DNA of 64,000 nucleotides from the human T2T-CHM13v2.0 reference genome, Homo sapiens. The DNA is taken from assembly GCA_009914755.4 (NCBI GenBank), contig CP068257.2, positions 25,984,001 to 26,048,000 on the forward strand. The letters run 5' to 3'. The position numbers and the translations under genes were made by a program. A model generated the notes under the pieces. It did not search any database. It saw only the letters and a list, made by a program, of their open reading frames with translations, and was not told the origin of the DNA. This document shows, in pieces, positions 43,129 through 56,200 of this stretch. Position 1 is the first letter of the stretch, and each line of letters begins with the position of its first letter.

Positions 43129-46100
43129 TTCAATTTTATAATGTCTTATCTTTTGTTAATTACTGTACACATGCAAGAAGTAATTATCAATTCTATGAAA
43201 GGCAGGTTTAATCTTTAGGGACAGAAAGCAGATTAGTGTTTATCTACAGCAAAGTGTTCTGAGAAGTGATTGACTAAAAAGGTGCCAAACAAACCTTTCG
43301 GAGGTGATGATTGTGTTCTATGTCTTGATTATACTTGTGAGACCACAGGTGTATGCATTTCTTTAATCTCATCACACTATCCATTTGAAATAGGTATATT
43401 TCTTTTTATCTTATTCATACCTCAATCAAGTTGATTTAAAGAAGAAATAATACACCTAGGGTTTTTACTATTGTTGTCGTATTATCTTTCTTTTGATCTC
43501 TTCTTGGTCACATGATTAATTATAAAAATAAGAAATAGAATTCAATATCTTCATCCATGCCACAGTTGCCTATTAGAGTATGAACATATCCTTCATATAT
43601 TTATCTACTCCCTCAACTTTTGATTAAAATATTTTGATGTTTAGTTTTTAGGTCAAATTACTTAATGAGCAAATTATCATGAAAATGTGTAAGTCATTTT
43701 ATCATCTTTGTCTTCTCCATATGTCTATTAAAAATTTAAATATATGCAAACAAATAATGTGCCAGGAGCACACCTGGTATGTTTTAGGTGTTTAATAAAT
43801 GTTGGTTGAATGAATAAACAAGCATCACTGTCCTGCCTACAGCCACATCCCTACTTTCTTTGACAATACAAATTTGCAAAATTTAAAATGTTGCACCCAG
43901 TGATGATAGAGCAAGAATATCTATTAGTAAAGGAAGTTATAATCTGAAACAAAAGCTTTTTATAAAAATAAATTGATTTATAATAAATGTAATGGCTAAT
44001 AATCCTAATAATCGCCTAACTCCAGAATGCATTTCTGTCAGATGGGCTAACTTTGTTGGCTTTAGTGTCTTATTTATAAATCCATCCCTTGGGATTGTCT
44101 TATCTAGTTGTTGCTTTGCATAACATCAATTTCTTTGATGCTTTTCCATTCATGCACCCTCTTAATAGTTATCTCCTGAAATTACATTGGGATCTGGAAA
44201 TCCCCTTTCAATCTTTCAAAAAATACCCTCAAATTTATTTCTAACTCATAAAAATTAATCTTCCCATTTCTGTGAAAGGATTTATGAATAAGCAGAGATA
44301 TTTATTTATGTGTAACTACCAGACATTAAACTTTGCTCTGGATTTCAACAGTTTTTATTGTGTCTTTTGTTTTCACAATAATCATTGAGCCCTTTGCTGG
44401 CCAAAAGCTCTGATACCCTTAAGGAGAAATGTTTTCCTGTGGTTTTTAATAAAGAGCAGAGAAAATCTTGGTTTATGAAGATTGAGAAGTATATTCACCC
44501 TATTTAAAGTTAATTCCAACTTCCTGCCTAACTCCGTTTCAAAGGGATTTAGCTTCAAATCTTAATTTTTTTTAGAAAATATAAATGGAGAATTTAGATA
44601 AACAGTAATTGTAAAAATTTTTAAATCACAAATTGAGAGAATTTCTATAATAATACATTTATTAATATAATGTTAGCACTCCATTTAATCTGATGTAAAA
44701 TAGCAGCAATAGAAAGCATGGCCACTTGGAAATCATTTTTGTGATAATGCATATGCTTCATATATGGAAATATCTTTCTAAATGGTAATAGGAAACATTT
44801 GTTGACTGTTTACCATTATCAAGTACTATTCTTAATGTTTCACATTTGGTCTTAACAATAATCCTACATATTAGATATTATTACAAACTCTATTTCAGAG
44901 GTAGCTGAAACCCAAATAAGTCCAAGTAAGTGACCCATTGTGTAACTAGAAGTGATAGAGCTGACATGTTTAATTCCAGACAATCTGAGACCAGAGCCCT
45001 TGCTTTTAACCAATATGTGAAATAGCCTCAAAATAATACTAGAAACCTTAAATCATGCATTTAGAATCATCAAATGCATCATCAAAAGCTAGTGGATTGT
45101 TTGAGGAAAATTTTCAAAAATTGAAGGAAAGCTGAAAGAGATTTTATTTTTCCCAACAGAGAGACTTTAAAAGATAAGAAAGATAATGCTGTTATTTCTT
45201 ATTAAAAGGTATATGATCAATTCTCACCAATACCACCAATATCACCAATAGATAATGAGGACTGGAACTCTTTATCTCTAAAAGATGACCTGAAACACTA
45301 TGGAAAAGGAAGATGCATTACAACACACTATCAAAGCATCATTTTCAGATACACTGAGTCCATCTTCTCATGGACATGATGACATAGGTACCATCATACT
45401 GCCCATATCGTGCTACCTCCTCAACTAATTTCCTTTCTCTTTCAGGGACCCTGGCAGTGGCTCCTCCTAGGTTGTTCCTAAGCCCCACATCCCCTGGCAC
45501 AGCTTCCTTGGAAGAGTTGTCCAGCATCTTTGACACCCAGTGACTACATTGATCGTGCTTCTAAGGCACCCTTGTAGTCAGTCATCGCATTGCTGGGATG
45601 CCATAATTAGTGTGAGGAAATAATTATCAGAATCAGACGATCAATTCTATATTTAGGCTTTCATTCCAAGTAGATCTGATGGCTATAGCGCTGTTTGCTA
45701 AGAAAATCTCAAAGAATTTGGAACTGAAATAGTGAATTCTTTGGGGCTCAGGTGGAATAGAATTTCTCTCCTGACTCCAAGTGCGTTTGTCACAACAAAA
45801 GTGCGGGAGAAGGAAACTACTGTAGAAAAGGCACGCAACACCATCAAAGGCCACCAGTGGTTGCAAAAAGCCGTCTATGCAACTGTGATCTCTGGAAATA
45901 CCAGCTCAAGGCTTTTTTGTTTGCCTCAATCTGACGTGGCCTCACCTGCCTCCTTTATTTTCAGTTGTGATCTGGATTAGATGACAATTCCAGTGATTGG
46001 TTTAGACCTATATAGCTAGCTGGCATTTTCTCAATGTATCAAGGAGTCTGTATGTCTCTCTTCCTACACACCTGCTAGGTCTCAACTTAGCTATCTGCTA

Positions 46101-47789
46101 TAGCTTGTATATTAAAAGAATGCCTGATAGGTCTAGGCCTGGCTTACTCCTTATCTGCTACCTCTAAGGCCCACACAGAAACTGCCCATGTGTTATGTAG
46201 TCCCCTTTCCCTCTCAGGTCTTCAAACAGCTACAAAGTATCTCAGCCTTCAGCAGTTCAGATTTCTTCTTCCAGCAAATCTTCTAGAGCACAGCTCAGAG
46301 CAGTAGCCCTGCAGAGCTATTTACTCTTCAGTGACAAGGACCTTCTCTTCCTCTTCACTGTAATGATGCATCCTTATGGTTACTCTGTGGGCCTGCATAT
46401 CACCTAAAATCTGAAACTGCTCCACTTCTAAAATCTTAATCCTCAACATACCAATATTGGAATACATCTTCTTCTTCCACATTCTTATTTTCATTACATC
46501 CCCTTCTTGCGCTTAACTAGATGCTTGTTTCTGTTCCCCCCACATTCACAGAATAAATTGCCAATCCTCTTTCAGCCTTGCTTCCTACTATGTGCCTCTT
46601 GGCTACATCTTATGACTTTATACTATAATGACGCTGCCACCACTAATCCTGACTGCTTTCCCTCTGTGGGTCCGACTAATCTGTTTTTAAATCCCCTATG
46701 GTTGGGTAAAGCCAACTATTCCACCTTTTTGTTCCAAGACCTAGGCTACTCAGGACTGGTTTAGAACATCAGAAAATGGTGACAATCGACAACGCCGCAA
46801 ATTCCCAAACTCCAGCTCTGGACTGGCACTTCAATACTGCCCAGAACCCCTTCTATAAGTGCGATCAGCTCTCTCTGCTTTGCCATCTAATAATTTTCTG
46901 CTTAGTACAAGAATAGTTTAAAAACTCTTGGATTTCTAAAACAAGGACTATCACAACCAATTCCTACTCAGCCTGTCTAAATCTATAATCAACTACTTTG
47001 CAGTAAAACTGATTTTTTTCTCCTACATTATCCATTATAATAAAAGGCAACAAAATGTATTTAGTAACCCTTGTGAAACTTCTGGTATAGCCTTCTCCTT
47101 TTCTCCATTCAAACAGTCACTAAGCATATGAATTGCACTTCTTTATTATTCCTCCTCTCAGTCTCCTGCCCTGCCAGATTTCTGGCCACCATTGCTTCTG
47201 ACACGGTCCCAAGGACACTGGCTATCCTCACACTGCTGTCTGATAAATATTCCTACAATGCAAACCAGGATCAATTATAGGACTGTGCATAATTATGCAT
47301 AGTACAATCCTCCTGCCCTTTTCCTTTACATAAGATTAAATCTAGACTATCATGCAAACCTCTCCCATCTCCAGCCATTTCTCATCTTGAACACCTCAAG
47401 TAGCCTGATTTCCTCACCACTGCCAAAGGCAAAGTGCTACTCTGTGCACTTCTTTCTTTGTTGAAAACACAACCTTAAGTTGTTGCTATTATGCAGATTT
47501 TTCTCTATGTCCAAAGTGGACATGTTAAAGTCTTCTAAAATTCTCCATAAGTCACACATTATATGTGTACACTTGCCAGAGAATGTATATGGGTATTTCT
47601 TGGGATAACTGAATTTAGCTATTGCTATGAAGAAACATACTTGATATCATCTGCAAAAGAATATATTGCAGTTGTAAGTAATGAATAAAATATGTGGTGA
47701 AATCAGTGCACCAACCTAGTGTTTTGAATCATAGTAAAATATTTAGCACTTATCCTGTGCCAACAAGAGTTCAAAATGTTTTATATATA

Positions 47790-47965
47790 TTAACTACTGT
47801 TAATCAGCTTAACAATTGTGTGATTTCTACCATTTTATTTTCACAGATGAAGAAACGGCTATATAGAGAGATAAAGAAGCTTGCTCAAGGATACACAGCC
47901 AGAAAGCAAAAGAGTTGGAGTTTGAACTTCGACAGTCTAACTCGAGGTTCTTTCTCTGTGTTTAA
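47790..47965 (-). mobile_element. MIR SINE core fragment (tentative)
   Basis: …ttttcacagatgaagaaacggctatatagagagataaagaagcttgctcaaggatacacagccagaaagcaaaagagttggagtttgaacttcgacagtctaactc… parallels the MIR core …ttacagatgaggaaactgaggctcagagaggttaagtaacttgcccaaggtcacacagctagtaagtggcagagctgggattcgaacccaggc…. Confidence 0.45.
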
Positions 47966-50900
47966 TCAGTCAACCACACTGCCTCTTCAGAAGCACGCAT
48001 AATGTATGCTCTAAAAAGTAATGTCAATGTATTAGGTGTCAAACAGTAAATGAAATTTCTCAGAATACTGCTCTCTACCATATCAATAGTAGATTTAATA
48101 CAACCACCAGGCAAATCAAGCCAAGAAACTCAGCCCTGGAGATCAGACCAAACTGGTGGCCAGCCAAGAAATAGACAAAGGAATGTTCAGGGGCAGAGTT
48201 TAGGGAGGTTGGAGTGTGTGTTCACAGGGGCAGAGGGAGTAAGGGGTGATGTGCGGTCAAGGTTTACAGGTTAGGGCATGGATCACAGAGGTGATACCAG
48301 GGAAGGGAGTACAGGAAATAATCCCATCCAAGTAAGAAATCATCAGATGCATGGTTCCGTTTTTAAGCTGCCAAAATTAAGAAGGTGGGCATGAATTTGC
48401 ACAGGACTGTGGAAAACAGAAGTTTCTGGGTCTGGCTTGGGATTTTACACAGCTGCATTATGGGGGTATCACTATATGATTTCTAAGCAAAGATCTCTTG
48501 GTTTGAGAAGCTTTCATGGACAGAGAGACTGCTCATATCCCCAGAATGGGGCAGGGATAAATGGGAGAGAGATGGCAGAGAAGTTATCACTAATGAAGCG
48601 TCCCAGGTATTCTGTTGTATGTCTAGAGGTGAAAATAGAAAGCTCTGCTCCTTAAAAGCTATGAGAACTTAAGAAAGTTCATGACCATTTGTAAGCTAGG
48701 GTTATTAAGAGGGTCTGTTTTATATGGATCAATTAAGTAACAAACACCTTTTGAAATATAAGTTGAACACAGCTTTTTTAGAAATTTGTAAACTTTATTT
48801 TGATAAGCCAAAACACATATAAATATTCATATTCCTCTCCTCACATTTTTATAAGAATTCAAGCTAGAAAAAATTAACTATGTTGATAGGCTTAGAGAAA
48901 AATTAGGTGTCAGTGTCCCACAGAATTCTCTCCGTCTATTAGTTACAATGAATCTTAACAGTTTATTTTTTAATAAGTGGAATATGTTAATCAATTAACT
49001 GAGCTAAAGCTATTACCTAATGAGGTAGAAGGGTAAATTAACTGAAATGTGACTGGCATTCTTCAATATAAGAAAGACACTATTAGCCTGGGAATCACGT
49101 GGATATTCTGTGGATTCACAGACACATTAGTCCGTGTGCCTTCAGTACAGCTTTACATGCAGCTTGTTCTAAAATCTCAAGTTAGCAAGTTTCTGTATTC
49201 CTAAAAGGTAATAATTAGAACCAGAGTATCTGGGGAAGTCGCCACACAGCAATAAATATTGGGTCTCTAGAGCCAAGTCTTAACATTTTGTTTTCTTAAT
49301 AGCTTAAATTATTTATGAACATGTGTTTGAACAATTCTTAAATCCAGTAGCTAAATTGAGTTGCATATAGGCCTAGAAGGGTCTAGGCTAGGGCTGTTCT
49401 GTGGAAAATCTGTTAAGTCAGGAAGCAGAAATAATTCTGCTTAATCTTTGATTGTCAACCATAGTGGGGGATGGTAAGAATAATGGGAGACTTTATATAA
49501 AGGCAGCTGCTTATAATTGAGGCATTGTCAGCTGACCACAAACATTTGTTTCCACTGAGATATTCCTAATGAGTGCTACTGTTGAAGGCAATGCATTAAT
49601 ATTTATGTGATTATTGTTTTATATCTAAGAAGGGATCAAGAGGGTAATCAAATATTCATGTTACCAGGCAAGCAATGGGCTCACTGCCTGATGAGCATAG
49701 AAATCAATACCATGGCACCAGCTTTTGAGAAAATAAAAGCTTTATTGCAAGTGATTGGCAAGGAGACAAGAGGCAACACAAATATGTCTCCCAGTGCTGG
49801 GGGCTGGGGCAAATTTTATAGGCAGAGGGTAATGATATGATTGGATCTGGCAATGAGAAATGCTGTGAGGCATGATCGGACTGGATTGTGCCATGAAATG
49901 ATGCCAGGGCTTGATCTGATTGGATCGTATATCAAGACATGAGGTGTCCACTTATTAATTCAGTCCCCCATTTCTTGGTCTGAGCACTTAGGTTCCACCC
50001 ATGCTTGCAGGCTTAGATAATCTGGACATGCTCAGGTTGCATAACTTGCAACCTAGGGAATCCATGGCAACTGAAAACTCACCATTTTATTACACAAAGT
50101 TGAGTCAGATTAGGCTGGTTCTGTGGTTACAATAATCTACCACAGAGTTTTTTAAGATTTAACTTCAAATATCCTGCATCAGAACCATCTGGAAAACTTG
50201 AGAATCATCGCAGAATGTACAAAATGTTTGCTAGTGTAGCCCGGTAATATTCATGTTTTATTCTTTCTGGGCCTCTGCCAATGCTTTCTGAGAATATTCT
50301 TGAGAATCATCCACTTTGTAGCTACTCATAAATATGATGTTTGGTGACAGATCGCCTTCACTTCCCCAGTACTTCCAACACTTGTGAGTGCCTTTACTTC
50401 ACTGTATTATATCTCTTCCTACTCAAAATACACAGAATGCCTTCTGCTTTCCAGACTGAATCCAAACTGATATGCTCAGGTGATAGAGAAAAGACACTGA
50501 AATTAAAAATGTGACTTCCGTTTTACTATTGCTAATAATGAAGCGTCCTTTTACTCTTTTATAGTAGGTGATCTCCCACCAGAGTGTACCAACAAGTGGA
50601 TCGGTCAAGATAAATCATTACAGTGTGTCGAGAAACTATTAGAACACCTATTTAAAGGCAGTCTTAATTTTTCTTAAGTTCTAAAAGCATAAATGAATGT
50701 CAATATTTATATGTGTAAGCTGTTAAAAATTACAACAAATACTCTAATGCTTATCAACAACCCTGGTAACTAAAACATCAGCAATATTTCTGAGTTTCTC
50801 TTCAAATTCATCTTCTCTTTTCTGCTGTTTGTCTCTTTCCCAAAGTATACATTGGTAATAAAACTGAAATTTTGGTCTTCATTTCTTTACTCCATTTGCA

Positions 50901-51689
50901 ACTTGCTTTTATATTAACTAACACAAGGATTTTCAGATTTAATTTATGTAACTTCTCTAGTAGCTACAGTTCACCCTTTTTTACTACAGAAAAGTTTTGT
51001 ATTATGAGAATGTAACACAATATGTTAATTTATTTTTCTCCCTGTAATTATTATGATTCTTTTTTCGGTACTTTTGTTCGTTCGTTTGTCTCATTTGTTT
51101 TGCCAGTATACACAGTGCCACTGTTATAAGCATTCAATATTTGTTATGTAACTACTGGCAAACATAGGTCAATGTTTCCATATATATTCTCTCAGGAGAT
51201 TTCTGTCTTGTTGGGTCTTCACATTCTCAGCTTCATTAGATAATGCCAAATTGCTTTTCAAAATATTCCCACTAGTGTAGAGTCTATCGGGTTTGTATGA
51301 GTTCCCGTTATTCTACATCCTTGCCAAAGCTTCATGTTTTGGGACTTGTTAATTTTTGCCAATCTGGTGGGTGTAAAATGGTATCTCATTGTGGCTTTAA
51401 TTGGAATTTCCCTGATTACAAAAGCGGTTAAACTCCTTTTACAGAATTAAGAGCTATTCATCAAAATGCCCGTTTGTGCATATTGCCAATTAGTATGCTG
51501 AGTTATTTATCTTTTTCTTACTAATTTGTGGGAGGTTTTCATATGTTCTGGAGAGTAATCCTTTGTTCATTACACATTTGTTGAACCAGTCTGCATTGTA
51601 TCTCTTTGCATTTTTTGTATTTATTGCTACACAGAAATTATTAACTTTTTTCTCATTTATTTTTTGACCCTTTAAAAATTAACCCTTTG

Positions 51690-51996
<307 letters not shown>

Positions 51997-54900
51997 TTAA
52001 CCCTTTTAATAGAACAAAGGCATAAAATTTTCTCCTGATTTCACTTAAAAATGTTTCATAACTTTGCATTTTTTTGTATAGATCTTGAATTCACATTACA
52101 AATGTCAAAATTGGCAGGGAATGTAAAATGAACAGGAAAACTCTTAAAGTACCTAAAATAGTAAATAAATGGTGATAATAAATATGAATCCCGTGTTTAA
52201 ACTTTTCATGTTATTTTTTGTTTTGAGATTATTAAGAGAATAAATTCAAAATGAAATTACAAGTAATTTTACTTTGAGGTAAAAAATTTACTAATATGGT
52301 AATTTTATTGGAATATAGAATACTTGTAGGTCACTGGCATATTCGAAAATATACATTGTGAATTGTGCAGTAATCGAACCTAGTCCTTCTTTGAAACTGA
52401 GTGAATGTGCTATAGCTTTAGTAGGAAAACTGATGAGACCTGGTAAAAAGGCACAGCTTTTTATATCTGTTGTATTCTAACTCTTAGGAAATGTTTTTAA
52501 AGCATTCAGACAGAGGCAACAGAAAAATCTAGGTTTATTTATTCTGTTTGTTTTTCATGTAAGAATATTTGATCTTCTTACCCGCTTAATTTCACCTGGT
52601 TTGTTCAATTACTAGTATATAAACTTGTACCGAACTTTCAGAAATGTAATTTATACAACATTCTTGTGAAAATGTTTACTCTTTATCTTAAAAAATTAAA
52701 AATCGAAAGTTTGACTGCATTTGTGTCCAAATTTCTTGAGATTCAAAACATTTTTATTAGTGTTCTAATATGCATACACAGGTAAGTTCTAAATTAAGGC
52801 AGTTTAGGGTCTTTTTCCTCATATAAACATTCTATAAAATAAAATGATGGTAAACTATTATTTCACTTTTTATGAACAAAATGAAAGAGAAAATTTCAGA
52901 TCTCTCTACACTGCATTCTGGACTTCAATGTGCACAGAAAGACATCAAGAGTTAACTTAAGAGGAAGAATAAAATAAATATCTAACGCCCTTTAAAGTGT
53001 CATATTTTTACGGCAAGTATCTGGATTTGTTTTTATAAAGTCTTTTAAAATTACTTTTGTGCAAGCTACCATAAAATATAATATTGATATTTTGGAAAAT
53101 ATCGGGGTTTAATTCTAAACTTTATTAAGTTAATATTTATCTGAATAAATTTGGAAAGTAATCTAACTTCCTTCAGCCACAATTAGTTTTCTCAGCTCCT
53201 ATAGATCACAAAGTTATGTGAAAAGCAAATGAAAAAGTACTTTGTAAACCTTAATATTTTTATATTCCTGTAATATATGATGTGGAAATGAGACAAAACA
53301 ATGTTATCATTTAGAAGTCCCAGAGGAAACTTTTAGTGAGTCCATTAAATTTATGTTAAATCTATTTTGAAGCTAAATATTATTTATTTTTTTGAACTAC
53401 ATATCTTAAAATTAGAAGTTTCCCAAGAGAGGTTATAGATGAAATTATGGATTTAACACTAGTTAGTTAAGAATGTAATCTTGTTTTAATACTGCAGGCT
53501 TTCAGCCAGGATTATACCTCATACATTGCTTGAATATTTTCCTCAAATAATTGAATACTTTGGAATGGAATTTTACATTCACTCTATATGCCAGCCCTCA
53601 AGCCTCAACTAAGCTCAACTTGAAAAACAATGCTGTACACATCACCCAAGCAAAAACTTTCTCACATTAATTAAGAGATTCTGATTGGATCCCAGCAATC
53701 AACTCATATGGCGCCATATCATCCACATTATTTGTAGAGTAGGCCATGATATTTATTACTGTTGGCCTGGCAGCTGTGTCTTTGAAATTTTGAGGTGGTT
53801 ACAAATGGAAATGGGCCACATACCCCAAACTTACTTTCTTTCATTACTTCATTTTTTCTGGCACTTGTAGTTGCATTTATGGAATTTATATATTTCATAA
53901 TACTGTATCCTTAAGCAAGGATTAGCAGCAGCATCAACAATAAATATGACTGAAAAGAAACCCAGGATTTTCTCCAGAACAATAGAATGTTCATTGGTAG
54001 TGGTTATATCCAATTCAAATGATAGATTTGTTAGCCTCTTCTTTTGCTTAGATTTGTTTGGCTCAAAAATAGATTCAAAGATAACCAAATTAGGTAGATC
54101 AGTATGTTCAGGAATAGTGATTGCCTAAATAACAACTAAAAGTTGTATACTAATTTTGATTATTTCATATCAATATTAATTACTTTAAGATTCATAAGAA
54201 AAGAAAATATAAATATACATGTTAATGATCAGTCTTTTTGTCATTTGATAAAGGAATTAATTTTATTTTGATGTGGCTAAGGATAATGTCAGCCAAAACT
54301 AAATCTATAGATTTTATCACATTGAAAAAAATTTAGATGTAAATATGAAAAGAAAATAATATGAAGATAGAAGTATTGCCCTTCAGAGCTTGAAGGAAAG
54401 ACTTCCTACCATGAAGTCTGTTTATACTAAAATAACTTCTGCCTTTTTATCTGTTTCTCTATGTATTTATTAGAATCTCACCCACATAAAACATGTCTAC
54501 TGAAAGAGATTGTTTGCAAATTAGTGCCCAAAATGTACTTCCTTGTACATATGCTTTTGGATAATCGCCCAATCCTGCACTGACTTTTTCATTGCCATGT
54601 GACATTCTCTTTTTAATGGGACAATAATAAATGAAAAGTGCTTGCATGCAGGGCCTAACTTCTTTTGCTACTGAGAACGTGTCCCAAACCATGTGAACAA
54701 GCCCAGGCAAGACTCTTGGAGGGTGAGAGGACACTCAGAGAGGGGGCCCACCTGTCCCCCCATTTCCTCTTAGCCATTCCACCAGTTGGATATAAAGATT
54801 AGTTACATGAGCGCAGACTGGGACCATTACCCAGCTGAACTACATAATCAAAGACAAATATGTGATGATTGTTTTTGCCACTAAGCATTGGAGTTTTTTT

Positions 54901-55379
54901 TAATATGACAAAATGCATTTATCATCATTATATTTTCAATAAAACAGAAAATACAAAAGAAAGCAATTTGTGGTGAGCTTATTAATCTGATCTTTATTCT
55001 TACCTTAATATGTATTTCCAAGAACTGAGTTTTGACAAATTCTCACATTTGCACATTTATACACTAATGGAACATGCAGTCTTACATACAACTTTTTTAT
55101 AGAATGACTTGAACACTACAACTAGCTAAATTAAATTTTTAAAAATGGTTCATGTATAATTCTGAATTAAAATTTTAAAATTAATTTTTAAAAGCCATCT
55201 TAATACATTTTATGTACTGAAATTATGTTTATGTTACTATGAAATGGAATCTTTGTTTAGAGCTTTTATCTTTGGATAATCTGTTGTTTGTATCACTCTA
55301 CCCAAGACAGAATTTGCATGTGATTTTGAATGCCCTATAGGGATGCAAGATTTTTCTAGACTTCTTTGTCAGACTTGCA

Positions 55380-56200
55380 ATGGGGGTGCCTCATTTACTT
55401 GGCCCACCGTGCTCAACCACTTGCGGGAGGGAGCACATGAGTGAGCCACTATGGGATCCAGGGGACTGCTTTGGGCATTGGCAGAAGCAAGCTCCATGTG
55501 AGCCCTGAGGCAACAGCCAGGTGGGGGTGCCTGTGACACCTGAAGCCCCAGACATGTTACAATGCTCTCTTAGCTCCACTGTCCATGGACAGTGGTGTGT
55601 TATCAGCTCGGTGGGCCCCTTGCCTCATCACATGGGGAGGCTGCCCTCCACCAGCGAGGGAAAAGGGCCAGTGTGAAAACCTTTGGGGGGTACCTGCCTT
55701 GGGTGGGTCCCAAGCTCTTGTCCAGAGTCCAAGAAGAATGAGGTCACACAGACACTTGAAGGATAGTGGAAGTGGAGAATTTTATTTAGCAATGGAAATG
55801 TCTCTCAGCAGAGATGGGAGCTGGACAGGGGATGGGATGAGCAGGTAATCTTTCCCTGAAGTCAAGCTGTCTCTCTTCCAAAATCCAGCCATCCTTCTAA
55901 AGTCAAGTTGCCTCTCTACAGTCAAGCCACTTTTCTCTCTTCTACTGACTGAGTCTGGGGTCTTTATAGGCACAGGATGTGGGGCAGGGTGAGCCATAGG
56001 TAGTTTTGGAAAAGGCAATATTCTATTGGTAAAAGTACATTATTCAGAAAGAAGCAATCAGGAGAGAGTGGGAAAACAGGGATAGAAGTTCTAACTTTGG
56101 GCAGCAGGTTTCAGGCTTTTCAGCTCAAAGGTGGGGTTTCACTGGGGACCCTCCCCTGTCTGCCAAGAATTTCCATGCCTCCTGCCTCTATCAACCGGAA
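55380..56200. other. Unclassified GC-rich, CpG-poor block (probable ancient LTR/ERV-derived fragment) containing three tandem ~21-bp imperfect repeats
   Basis: Composition shift. Tandem motif at 55858-55935: gaagtcaagctgtctctcttcc / aaagtcaagttgcctctctac / agtcaagccacttttctctcttc. Only about four CpGs across 800 bp, so it is not a CpG island. Confidence 0.3.

Noticed and set aside
47694-48002. 102-aa ORF (MVKSVHQPSVLNHSKIF…)
   Set aside because: It overlaps a MIR SINE fragment and lies in AT-rich sequence with no splice or coding signal I can support. It is most likely a chance ORF.
55380-56200. Possible CpG island or promoter suggested by GC enrichment
   Set aside because: There are only about four CpG dinucleotides in roughly 800 bp. 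GC-rich but CpG-depleted sequence indicates an old methylated insertion, not an unmethylated CpG island.
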